Source: a virus
Taxonomy: Duplodnaviria > Caudoviricetes
Virus record (IMG/VR): IMGVR_UViG_3300028283_000231
Reading direction: 5' to 3' (one strand)
Length of the DNA stretch: 64,000 nucleotides
This document shows, piece after piece, positions 24,000 through 32,312 of this stretch (the first letter of the stretch is position 1; every line of letters starts with the position of its first letter). A model generated the notes under the pieces. That model was not told where the DNA came from, did not search any database, and saw nothing but the letters and a program-made list of their open reading frames with translations. A program made the position numbers and the translations under genes.

Positions 24000-24843
24000 T
24001 GTGATTGATTCTGAATTAAAGGCTTATCTAATTGGACTTTTTTATGCTGATGCTTATCTATCAGATCGTGTTTTACAATTATATTTGTCTATAAAAGACA
24101 AAGAGTATGTTGAAAAATTAGCAAATATATTAGGAGTTAAAACACATAATAAAAAATTATCTATTGGATTTAATATATGCAACAAAAAAATTGTAGATTC
24201 CTTGTATAAAATGGGATTTATTAAAAGGAAATCATACCAAAGAGATGATATAGTCTTTAAAAATATACCAGATGAATTAAAAAGACACTTTATTAGGGGG
24301 TATTTTGATGGTGATGGAACAATATACATATCTAAATATAAAAAGAAAAATGTTGATTGGAAGGAAAGTATTAAATATGGAATTGGTTTTATATCAATAA
24401 ATAAAGAATTATTGAATAGTATTAAAAATTACTTCTCTGTATCATTAAGTTTATCAGATAAAAAACTGAGAAGTGAAAACTCTGGAAGATTTATAAGTGA
24501 TATTAACGATGAAGATCCATATGGTGAAGAACAATGGGAAAACAACGAAATTAAATATATTAGACTGATTTATAGTGGAAACATTATTTGTAAAAAAATA
24601 TTAGATTTTTTATATGAGGGATCTACTATCTATATGGATAGAAAACATGATAAATATAAAGAGATAAGTATATTTAAACCGAAAAATTATCATTTTCATA
24701 AAAGAAGTAATAAATGGAGATATGTGTATGATGATAATGGATTAAAGAAGTATAAATTGTTTAAAACAGAAGATGAAGTTAAAAACTTTATAAAAAATAA
24801 AATTAAAAATTATGAAAGCTTTACTAGCAAAATGGTTGGATAG
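23983..24843 (+). CDS. Two-motif LAGLIDADG homing endonuclease with AP2-like C terminus
   Basis: AYLIGLFYADA and HFIRGYFDGDG; overlaps both DUF2828 fragments. Confidence 0.88.
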   Translation: MKINFDVIDSELKAYLIGLFYADAYLSDRVLQLYLSIKDKEYVEKLANILGVKTHNKKLSIGFNICNKKIVDSLYKMGFIKRKSYQRDDIVFKNIPDELKRHFIRGYFDGDGTIYISKYKKKNVDWKESIKYGIGFISINKELLNSIKNYFSVSLSLSDKKLRSENSGRFISDINDEDPYGEEQWENNEIKYIRLIYSGNIICKKILDFLYEGSTIYMDRKHDKYKEISIFKPKNYHFHKRSNKWRYVYDDNGLKKYKLFKTEDEVKNFIKNKIKNYESFTSKMVG

Positions 24844-25846
24844 AAAAGGTCCAAAGGCAAATAAAATTAGAAAATATCTTGGTTTAACACCAAAGGATTA
24901 CAGAAAGATGATAGTATCGCTATCACAGACTGTTGAGCAGTTAATGTGCGCAAAGCAATTTGAAGGCATTAACTACGAACACGTTCCTTCTGTAGCTATG
25001 AACAAGTACAGAAAAGCTTTCTACAAGAAAGATTCTGGTAGGTTCGCAGAATACATCGCAAATGTAAAGAGTGGTGTTGCCAAGATGTGCGCAAGCGCTA
25101 TCTACCCATACCAACTTTACGACGCTTTCCTAAGAGCTAGGACAGAATTCGATAATTTGGCTATTGAGGCTCAATGGTATTCGTTGCCAAACTACATGGA
25201 AGGATCAACCGAGAGGTTGCTTCCAATGGTTGATACATCGGGTTCTATGGAATTCTATGGTGGATTACCAGCAAGAGCAGGTTGGTCACTTGGTCTTTAT
25301 ATTTCTGAAAGAAACGAGAGCATTTTCAAGGACGCTTTCATGACTTTCCATACTCATCCAAAGATGATGTACTTACAGGGTAGCATCGCCGAAAGGGTTC
25401 GTGCTATCAGAGGAGTAGAATGGAAAGGTACTACAAACCTTGAAGCAGCGTTTGAATTATTGCTTAACAAAGCAATTGAGAACAAGATTTCTGAAGCAGA
25501 AATGCCAACAGTTATCTTGATCTTATCAGATATGCAGTTTGACCCATCGAAAGCTTGCTACAACGCAAACGCTTACGAAATGATGAAAGCTCATTACGCT
25601 GCAGCTGGATATAAGATTCCAAGAATCATCTTCTGGAACCTTAGAGCAGCAGAGGATAAAGTAACAGCATCAGCATTTGACGAAAATGTTGGTCTTGTAT
25701 CTGGTTTCAGCCCAAGTGGTTTGAAGGCTATTCTTCAAGGAGAAGAAATTCAAGATGAAGTAAAGGTCGAACCAAAGAAAGAAACTCCTTACGAATTGAT
25801 GATGAAAGTCATTGACGGTGAGAGATACGCAGCAGTTACTATATAA
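24812..25846 (+). CDS. DUF2828 protein, C-terminal fragment with vWA domain
   Basis: LLAKWL, INYEHVPSVAM..Y.KAF, MIDAS VDTSGSM, ILSDMQFD, IIFWNL. Confidence 0.88.
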   Translation: MKALLAKWLDRKGPKANKIRKYLGLTPKDYRKMIVSLSQTVEQLMCAKQFEGINYEHVPSVAMNKYRKAFYKKDSGRFAEYIANVKSGVAKMCASAIYPYQLYDAFLRARTEFDNLAIEAQWYSLPNYMEGSTERLLPMVDTSGSMEFYGGLPARAGWSLGLYISERNESIFKDAFMTFHTHPKMMYLQGSIAERVRAIRGVEWKGTTNLEAAFELLLNKAIENKISEAEMPTVILILSDMQFDPSKACYNANAYEMMKAHYAAAGYKIPRIIFWNLRAAEDKVTASAFDENVGLVSGFSPSGLKAILQGEEIQDEVKVEPKKETPYELMMKVIDGERYAAVTI

Positions 25847-25924
25847 TGATCAAACACGTGTAACCTGAAAAGGTGAAAGGTCTCGCGAGCCTAGGTAAAG
25901 GAATATCCCACGTTTCCCTGATCA
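25847..25924 (+). ncRNA. Candidate multi-stem RNA in the 3' end of the DUF2828 transcript
   Basis: TGATCA/TGATCA and ACGTG/CACGT closing stems; CCT-GAAA-AGG, C-GCGA-G, GGA-ATA-TCC; GC-rich island. Confidence 0.4.
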
Positions 25925-25926
25925 AT

Positions 25927-25954
25927 AAAAAACCCAGTTTATCTGGGTTTTTTT
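25927..25954. terminator. Bidirectional intrinsic terminator
   Basis: AAAAAACCCAG-TTTAT-CTGGGTTTTTTT between convergent genes. Confidence 0.85.
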
Positions 25955-26700
25955 ATGCCTATTATAATAAAATCTAATCCTATATCAGCAATGAAAATAA
26001 CTGTTAAATTAAACATTTCATATATTTTTTCTAAAATATTTAAATCAAAACAATGCTGGTGAAGGCATCTATTTTCAAAATTCTTTAGACTTCTTTCTCT
26101 GAAATTGGGGACAGGATGTAATTGCATATCGTGTAAAGTTAATATTTCATCCAAATGTGAAAGGTCGTCTTCTTTTATGTCGTTTTTAAAATCTTCGACG
26201 AGATGTTCAAATTTTACAATTTCTCTTTTATGATCAAAATTGGATTCTTTATTGGGGGCAATTACTACAAGCGCACCACCTTCATTTAATATAGATAACC
26301 ATTGTTCTATTGCTTTAAGTGGATTTGCTATATGTTCTATATTATTACAAGATAATACAAAATCATATTTTTCTTTTATAGATGATAGATCAGTAGCGTC
26401 AAGTATGTACTGATTACCTAATCTTTTACCTTCTACGACAAAACCTTTATCTACTTCTATTTTACCTGTCCATACAGTTGATGAAGAGAAATTTATGCCA
26501 TCTAATCTAGCTACCGATTTTCCGTCGGGTATATGCCAAAATTGGTCTCCGTATATGTGCATTTTTGGATTACTAAAATATCTCATGCTAGGTCCACCTA
26601 TTTCGATACCAACTTTACCGTAAAAATATTCATTTAATATACTAGTCATCTTATCTTGATATTCTTTTGATAAAATGAGAGTGGCGTTTTCGTTTACCAT
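25939..26700 (-). CDS. Class I SAM-dependent methyltransferase
   Basis: GIEIGG, YDFVLSCNNIEHIANPLKA..W..IL..GG; start reassigned to ATG 26700. Confidence 0.8.
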   Translation of the reverse strand: MVNENATLILSKEYQDKMTSILNEYFYGKVGIEIGGPSMRYFSNPKMHIYGDQFWHIPDGKSVARLDGINFSSSTVWTGKIEVDKGFVVEGKRLGNQYILDATDLSSIKEKYDFVLSCNNIEHIANPLKAIEQWLSILNEGGALVVIAPNKESNFDHKREIVKFEHLVEDFKNDIKEDDLSHLDEILTLHDMQLHPVPNFRERSLKNFENRCLHQHCFDLNILEKIYEMFNLTVIFIADIGLDFIIIGIKKPR

Positions 26701-26722
26701 AAAAATTTTTGTTTTATATATT

Positions 26723-26751
26723 AAAAAACCCAGTCCTTTCGGGCTGGGTTT
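26723..26751 (-). terminator. Intrinsic terminator
   Basis: Minus strand AAACCCAGCC-CGAAA-GGACTGGG-TTTTTT downstream of ORF 26795-27622. Confidence 0.8.
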
Positions 26752-26794
26752 ATCATTCACTCTGTTACGTTCAAAGAAGAGGCTTTACAGAGCA

Positions 26795-27622
26795 TCATAA
26801 GTTTTCAAGAATATTCTTCAATCTTGATGGATCAATAGGTCTTACATCTGGATTTTCCTCACCAATAAGAGAATAATTTAAATTGAGAATATCAATAATA
26901 ATAAATTTAGGAGATTCAACTCCTTTTTCTCTCTCAGGCACGTAAACTATGAAATTATATTCGTTAAGTTTATCTGCTATTTTCTTTTCGTAGGGAATTT
27001 GAAATTTATATTTATTTTCTTTCGAATATTTTCTTTCTGGACCAGGATCTGCCATAGGTTGTTCAACTGGTTGCTCAACTGGTTGTTCTACTGGTTCTTC
27101 AGCTGCTTCTTTTAAAAAAGACTTATAATTTTTTAATACACTCTTTTCCATGATTTCTCTTTTGTTTTTTGGCTCTTCTTCATCGAAGATTAATTCGTCC
27201 TCATCCTCATCGTAATCAACTTTGTCTGTTCCTAATTCATCCTCTTCGTAGTCTTCATCGTCATCAACTTCATCATAGTCATCTTCACTATTCATAAAAG
27301 ATTCAATATCCTTTTTAGCTTTTTCTCTATTATTTATACCCTTTAATTCATCGTAAAGATTTATAGCGTCCTCTTCATCTGCTATACCAGAAGCTACTAA
27401 TTTATCGTAATATTCATCGTCCTGAGCAAGATGATCCATTGCCACTTCCGTAGCTATATCTGGGTTATCAGTATGTTCACGTTCGATTTTTGTTCCAATT
27501 TCTATATCATCTGGATTGAAATCATCTGGTGTTTTATCATCAGCTCTCCCACCTTTTAAATGATCTTTCCACTTTCTGTTTCCGAAATCTGTAAAATCTA
27601 ATATAACTTTGCCCTTTTTCAT
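26795..27622 (-). CDS. DUF5661-containing phage protein with acidic linker and EQPV repeats
   Basis: IEIGTKIEREHTDNPDIATEVAMDHL..D.EYYDKL. Confidence 0.75.
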   Translation of the reverse strand: MKKGKVILDFTDFGNRKWKDHLKGGRADDKTPDDFNPDDIEIGTKIEREHTDNPDIATEVAMDHLAQDDEYYDKLVASGIADEEDAINLYDELKGINNREKAKKDIESFMNSEDDYDEVDDDEDYEEDELGTDKVDYDEDEDELIFDEEEPKNKREIMEKSVLKNYKSFLKEAAEEPVEQPVEQPVEQPMADPGPERKYSKENKYKFQIPYEKKIADKLNEYNFIVYVPEREKGVESPKFIIIDILNLNYSLIGEENPDVRPIDPSRLKNILENL

Positions 27623-27665
27623 AATATTATATATTAAATTGTTTTATTAATGTTTTTTCTTTTTG

Positions 27666-28352
27666 TTAACGAACTTCATATAATTCATTCTTCTTTTCAT
27701 TATATCTAAAAAACTTACATTTTAATTTATCAATAATTTCATTTTGCCTGATAATATCCCTATTTTTCAAATTTCCGTTACTATCATAATGTTTTGGTTC
27801 ATCGTATTCAATTGCTATGTTGTTATTTTTATCATACGCGTCAATAAAATATCCTAGATCAGATATATATAATTCCCCACCGTTTAAAGCATGTTGCAAA
27901 TTCCAATGGTTTGTTTTTGATAATTCATCAAAATATTTACAAGCGTTTATATTATGCATTGGGCAAACTCCACCATTTTTGTTTTGAATATAGTTTATTT
28001 TAGACAATCTCATTTTCTTTTTTGTTTCATTCGACGCCTTTTTACCTATCATTTTTAATCTCATTTTTTCTATAGATCCTGGAGTGTGCGCATTTTTTGT
28101 AAAATTTTCGATGTTTGATCTCAATCTTTCTTTATATTCGTCACTGTGAGTTTCACCAAACATTCCGTTATTCATTCCTGAATTTTTTTCTGATATTTTT
28201 TGTTTAGTTAATTCAGATGTTTCATGCCCCTTTAAAGATGAACTAATTTTTTCTTTAGTATCATCAGATAATTTTCTACCAATCATCCATTTTCCAATTC
28301 CTTTATTTTTACAGGATTCACTTATTTTCCTTTTGGTTTCTTCTGAATGCAT
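27666..28352 (-). CDS. NUMOD3 plus Vsr-like homing endonuclease
   Basis: HSEETKRKIS repeats; FIDAYDKNNNIAIEYDEPKH. Confidence 0.82.
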   Translation of the reverse strand: MHSEETKRKISESCKNKGIGKWMIGRKLSDDTKEKISSSLKGHETSELTKQKISEKNSGMNNGMFGETHSDEYKERLRSNIENFTKNAHTPGSIEKMRLKMIGKKASNETKKKMRLSKINYIQNKNGGVCPMHNINACKYFDELSKTNHWNLQHALNGGELYISDLGYFIDAYDKNNNIAIEYDEPKHYDSNGNLKNRDIIRQNEIIDKLKCKFFRYNEKKNELYEVR

Positions 28353-28383
28353 GCCTCTATATATTAATTATTTTTATCCGTTT

Positions 28384-28614
28384 TTATTCTTTCGATGGTA
28401 AGTCCAATAAATATAATATTTTAGTGTAATCCTTATCCCTATAAACATACGATTGTAACCTCTCACTCCAACTCACAAGTTGTTGAATTTTAGAATGATC
28501 CTTTCTTTTTATTTCAAAATATAGTCCGCTAGGTAGTCCAACGAGTTCCATAATTTCATCGGGATCGTATTCGTCTTCGAGATAACCTATATGTTCATTA
28601 AAACTTTTTATCAT
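28384..28614 (-). CDS. Small hypothetical protein with leader-like N terminus
   Basis: MIKSFNEHI. Confidence 0.55.
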   Translation of the reverse strand: MIKSFNEHIGYLEDEYDPDEIMELVGLPSGLYFEIKRKDHSKIQQLVSWSERLQSYVYRDKDYTKILYLLDLPSKE

Positions 28615-29465
28615 TTCTTTAATTTAAAATATCTTGTACTATAATAAGTATTATCACCTTTAACCCAAACAGCGTCGCCACTTGGTTTAGTTATATCAAA
28701 TATAGTATATTCTTTTCCTATTTCCAGTCTTCTGCCACCACCGCCTTCTTTATTTGTACAAATAATAATATCACCGTCTTCCCAAAGAGAAGGATCATTT
28801 AAATCTATATCTGGTTTATCCCATACTTCTTCACCGTAGGGATCTAAGTCTTCTACGTTTTCTTTAATCATTCCAGTATTTATAAATATATGTTTTGGCC
28901 ACCATATAGGTATTATACCTTCATATTTTATAATTTTATCATCTGATTCAAATTCGTCTAATGCTTTGCTTTTACCGTAATATTTAAAAAAATCAGCTTT
29001 AATTAAATTCGCTTTTCCTCTAACTTCAATAAAATATCCATCTTCATCTGGACTTATATTAATAATTTCATACTCTTCTCCCTCACTAAGTTCAATTCCT
29101 TCTGTTGTACATGTTGTAGTACATCTGATAATACTTCCAATTTTTTCAATGTCTTCATCACTCCACCATTCTTCACCGTAAGGATCTAAATCTTCTACGT
29201 TCTCTTTAATATATGTATCCTTTTTAAATCTTTTCATCATCCACCAACCACCTAAACCTTTTAGATTTATATGATTATGATGTACAGAGATAACCTCGTA
29301 ATCAACTCCTAATTTGATTTTATTTGGAAAATCCAATCCACTATCGTCTATACAAATAACTATATCTCCCTCATGAATCCTATCTTCATTATCGTTCCAA
29401 ACCTCTTCACCGTAAGGAACAAGATCATTATTCTCTTTAATATATGTATGAAATTTCTTTATCAT
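28611..29465 (-). CDS. Three-module repeat protein (KE-N..DPYGEExW plus SH3-like beta module)
   Basis: Three PYGEE.W copies, each followed by GD.(V/I).C...G.(D/E)Y.(V/I). Confidence 0.7.
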   Translation of the reverse strand: MIKKFHTYIKENNDLVPYGEEVWNDNEDRIHEGDIVICIDDSGLDFPNKIKLGVDYEVISVHHNHINLKGLGGWWMMKRFKKDTYIKENVEDLDPYGEEWWSDEDIEKIGSIIRCTTTCTTEGIELSEGEEYEIINISPDEDGYFIEVRGKANLIKADFFKYYGKSKALDEFESDDKIIKYEGIIPIWWPKHIFINTGMIKENVEDLDPYGEEVWDKPDIDLNDPSLWEDGDIIICTNKEGGGGRRLEIGKEYTIFDITKPSGDAVWVKGDNTYYSTRYFKLKK

Positions 29466-30256
29466 TAGTAACCTCCTTGTTGTCCCACTGCTATAATAGC
29501 TGGATTTGAGGAAGTCCCTACTCTATCGGCGCCAGCGTTAACATAGGCTTCTATATCTTGTAAAGTTCTTACGCCACCACTGGCTTTAATTTTGATATGG
29601 TCGGGTAATATACTTCTCATAAATCTAACTTTATCAATTTCAGCGCCTTTTGTGGCGTAACCTGTTGAAGTTTTAACAAAATCAACACCAGCTTTTGTAC
29701 AAAGTTCACAAGCCTTTTTTACTTGGTCCAAAGTTAATTCACCAGATTCAATAATAACCTTTAATACAACACTATCCGATCCGTGGCAAACATCAGCAAC
29801 TTTTCTAATATCATCAAATAACTTTTGTTCCATATCTTTCTTCTTTTCGTCATCTGATTCCTTTGACCATTTCTGTAAAAGTTTCCAATTCATAACCATA
29901 TCAATCTCGTCAGCACCATTGGATATAGCTTTTTGTGTCTCTACAACTTTCTCTTGTGTTTTATCTTCGCCCTTATGGAAAGAAATAACAGTACACACTT
30001 TAACATTCGTTCCTTCTAAGAAATTAACAGCATAAGATACGAAATCAGGTCTTATACAAACGCTATAAAATCCGTTCTCTTTTGCCTGTTGGCAGATCTC
30101 TTCAATTTTATCTATATTAGCGTCTTCACGAAGATAAGTATAATCAATGATACTATTAAATCTACGTGGATCAGGGCCACCCTTTACTTTAGGTTTGGCT
30201 ATAACTTGGGGGTTATCTAATGCCTCTCTTACGAATTTATCAAATTTTTTTACCAT
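29465..30256 (-). CDS. deoC: Deoxyribose-phosphate aldolase with N-terminal extension
   Basis: IDYTYL, SVCIRP, GADEIDMV, LKVIIE, DFVKTSTG, IKASGGVRT, GADRVGTS. Confidence 0.93.
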   Translation of the reverse strand: MVKKFDKFVREALDNPQVIAKPKVKGGPDPRRFNSIIDYTYLREDANIDKIEEICQQAKENGFYSVCIRPDFVSYAVNFLEGTNVKVCTVISFHKGEDKTQEKVVETQKAISNGADEIDMVMNWKLLQKWSKESDDEKKKDMEQKLFDDIRKVADVCHGSDSVVLKVIIESGELTLDQVKKACELCTKAGVDFVKTSTGYATKGAEIDKVRFMRSILPDHIKIKASGGVRTLQDIEAYVNAGADRVGTSSNPAIIAVGQQGGY

Positions 30257-30354
30257 AATGTGCTGTATATTTTTCTGTATATATTAATTTTTTGTTCCCA
30301 ATTTTAAACAACGACCTAGTTCAATGTTATATATAAATAAAATCAAAAGAACTT

Positions 30355-31173
30355 ATGGTATCAATAAAAATAGACGATATATTGTTTGCCCACGGTGATT
30401 ATAGTACTGCTATTCAACAATCTAAATATATCAAATGGAACAGAAATTTTATAGTTGGAAACGAAGACATGGCTATTTACACAGATGGTTCTCTACCAAG
30501 AGTTAATAATAGAATTAAAACAAAAATTGCTTGGTTACTTGAATCCCCAGCAGTTAGTGCTTATCAACACGAATGGATAAAAAACAACTACAAAGCATTT
30601 GATATAATATTCACCAATAACAGAGATTTATTAGAAATGAATAGTAAATTTAAGTTTCTGCCCACTGGTGGTTGTTGGATAAGGAACGAAGAGCAATATA
30701 TTTATCCTAAGACTAAATTAATATCTATCATTGCATCTAATAAGAATTGGACAGACGGACACGCTTTACGTAATAACATTGTTAATGAAATTAGAAACGG
30801 TCAAATAAAATGTGATCTTTACGGTAGAGGGTTTAATGAATTACCAGAGAAATTAGATGGTTTAAAGGACTATATGTTTTCTATTGTGGTTGAGAATACA
30901 AAGAAGGATTACTATTTTACTGAAAAACTTATAGATTGTTTTATGACTGGAACAATACCTATTTATTGGGGATGCCCATCCATAGGTAATTATTTTGACG
31001 AAAGGGGAATGTTGGTGTTTAATACCGTACAGGAATTGAAGAATATAGTGAATGGCATAAGTCCAGAGTTGTATAATTTGAAATTAGAATATGCTAGAAA
31101 GAATTTTGAAGTAGCCAAGGATTATATGATTGCTGAGGATTACATGTACGAAAAATATTTGAAACAATTATGA
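30355..31173 (+). CDS. GT10 (fucosyltransferase-like) glycosyltransferase
   Basis: YMFSIVVEN...YFTEKLIDCF..GTIPIYWG. Confidence 0.82.
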   Translation: MVSIKIDDILFAHGDYSTAIQQSKYIKWNRNFIVGNEDMAIYTDGSLPRVNNRIKTKIAWLLESPAVSAYQHEWIKNNYKAFDIIFTNNRDLLEMNSKFKFLPTGGCWIRNEEQYIYPKTKLISIIASNKNWTDGHALRNNIVNEIRNGQIKCDLYGRGFNELPEKLDGLKDYMFSIVVENTKKDYYFTEKLIDCFMTGTIPIYWGCPSIGNYFDERGMLVFNTVQELKNIVNGISPELYNLKLEYARKNFEVAKDYMIAEDYMYEKYLKQL

Positions 31174-31721
31174 AATACCTAGTAGTATCTTATGGTGGAG
31201 TCGGTACTTATATGATGATGGATGTAATAGGTAAAAATAACTTTTTAAAAATACCAGAAACAAGTGGAATATGGCAAAAAGAATATCATCACATTAAATG
31301 TCCACCAAAAACTTTCGGTGAACCCGTTAAAGTTATATATATCTACGGTGATCCGTACAACGCTCTAATATCTCATTTTAGAAGAAGATGCATTTTAAAA
31401 GAGTGGGCACGTAATCATTGTAAAAACATGCACGGTGAATGGTGGAAATTAAATACTGATTGGGAATTGCTGGATTATTTAAAAAATGGTGAGGACTTGT
31501 TTAAATTCGAGGAACATTTTGATAATTGGGTAAATATAAAAGATAAAGATTATGACGTTATGGTGTTAAAATATGAGTTTGTAAAAAAATACGAAAATGT
31601 GGTATTATCATATTTAGATTCAGAAAATCCTATTAATTATAAAGAACGTTTATCAAATTGGAACGATCTAGATAGTGATAGTTTCGAATTGTTAAAAAAT
31701 TATGTATGGAAAATTTTATGA
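31170..31721 (+). CDS. Sulfotransferase-like hypothetical protein
   Basis: SYGGVGT P-loop-like N terminus, IYIYGDPYNALIS; weak. Confidence 0.4.
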   Translation: MKYLVVSYGGVGTYMMMDVIGKNNFLKIPETSGIWQKEYHHIKCPPKTFGEPVKVIYIYGDPYNALISHFRRRCILKEWARNHCKNMHGEWWKLNTDWELLDYLKNGEDLFKFEEHFDNWVNIKDKDYDVMVLKYEFVKKYENVVLSYLDSENPINYKERLSNWNDLDSDSFELLKNYVWKIL

Positions 31722-31774
31722 TAAATATTTATCATATCCGCCCATTATAATTTATTAAAAAATAAATAAATATT

Positions 31775-32308
31775 ATGAGAAGAATAAAAGATTTATTAAA
31801 AGAATACAGGATGGGGGATATATTAGATGATTGCGGTGGAGTTAATTTATTACACGGATTAAATCAATTAATACATGAAAATTTAAATAAAGATTCTGTT
31901 ATTTGTGAAATAGGATCATACGAGGGAAAATCATCAGAGCTTTTTGCTTTATTATGTAAGGAAGTTTATTGTGTTGACGTTTTTTATGATCAGAGGGCTA
32001 CCAAAATATTCGATGATATGATTAGAAATTATAGTAATATATGGAAAATTGAAAAATTGAGTTCTTTGGCATCTAAAGAATTTCCAAATAATTTTTTTGA
32101 TTTCATATATATTGACGCCAATCACGATTACGATTCTGTTAAACAGGATATTATAAATTGGATCGATAAAATTAAAATTGATGGATATGTTGGTGGACAT
32201 GACTATCACCAAGGATCTGGTGGAGTATATGAAGCAACGCAAGAATTATTTAAAGATAAAGATTTGAAAATATATCCAGATTCTAGTTGGATATTAAAAA
32301 TAAATTAA
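31775..32308 (+). CDS. Class I SAM methyltransferase (Methyltransf_24-like)
   Basis: EIGSYEG.S, DFIYIDANH.Y, GGHDY. Confidence 0.85.
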   Translation: MRRIKDLLKEYRMGDILDDCGGVNLLHGLNQLIHENLNKDSVICEIGSYEGKSSELFALLCKEVYCVDVFYDQRATKIFDDMIRNYSNIWKIEKLSSLASKEFPNNFFDFIYIDANHDYDSVKQDIINWIDKIKIDGYVGGHDYHQGSGGVYEATQELFKDKDLKIYPDSSWILKIN

Positions 32309-32312
32309 AACG

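Noticed and set aside
23983-24843. Group I intron or intein in DUF2828
   Set aside because: The endonuclease ORF overlaps both fragments, leaving no non-coding core; no Cys/Ser start or HN end
26752-26794. Riboswitch upstream of the methyltransferase (minus-strand CTCTGT/ACAGAG stem before a terminator)
   Set aside because: No recognisable aptamer consensus; explained as the 3' UTR and terminator of the DUF5661 gene
31685-31765. Programmed frameshifts (here, and at about 4070 and 15301)
   Set aside because: Single-base indels, two of them in short homopolymers, without stimulatory signals; more likely sequence errors or decay, needs read inspection
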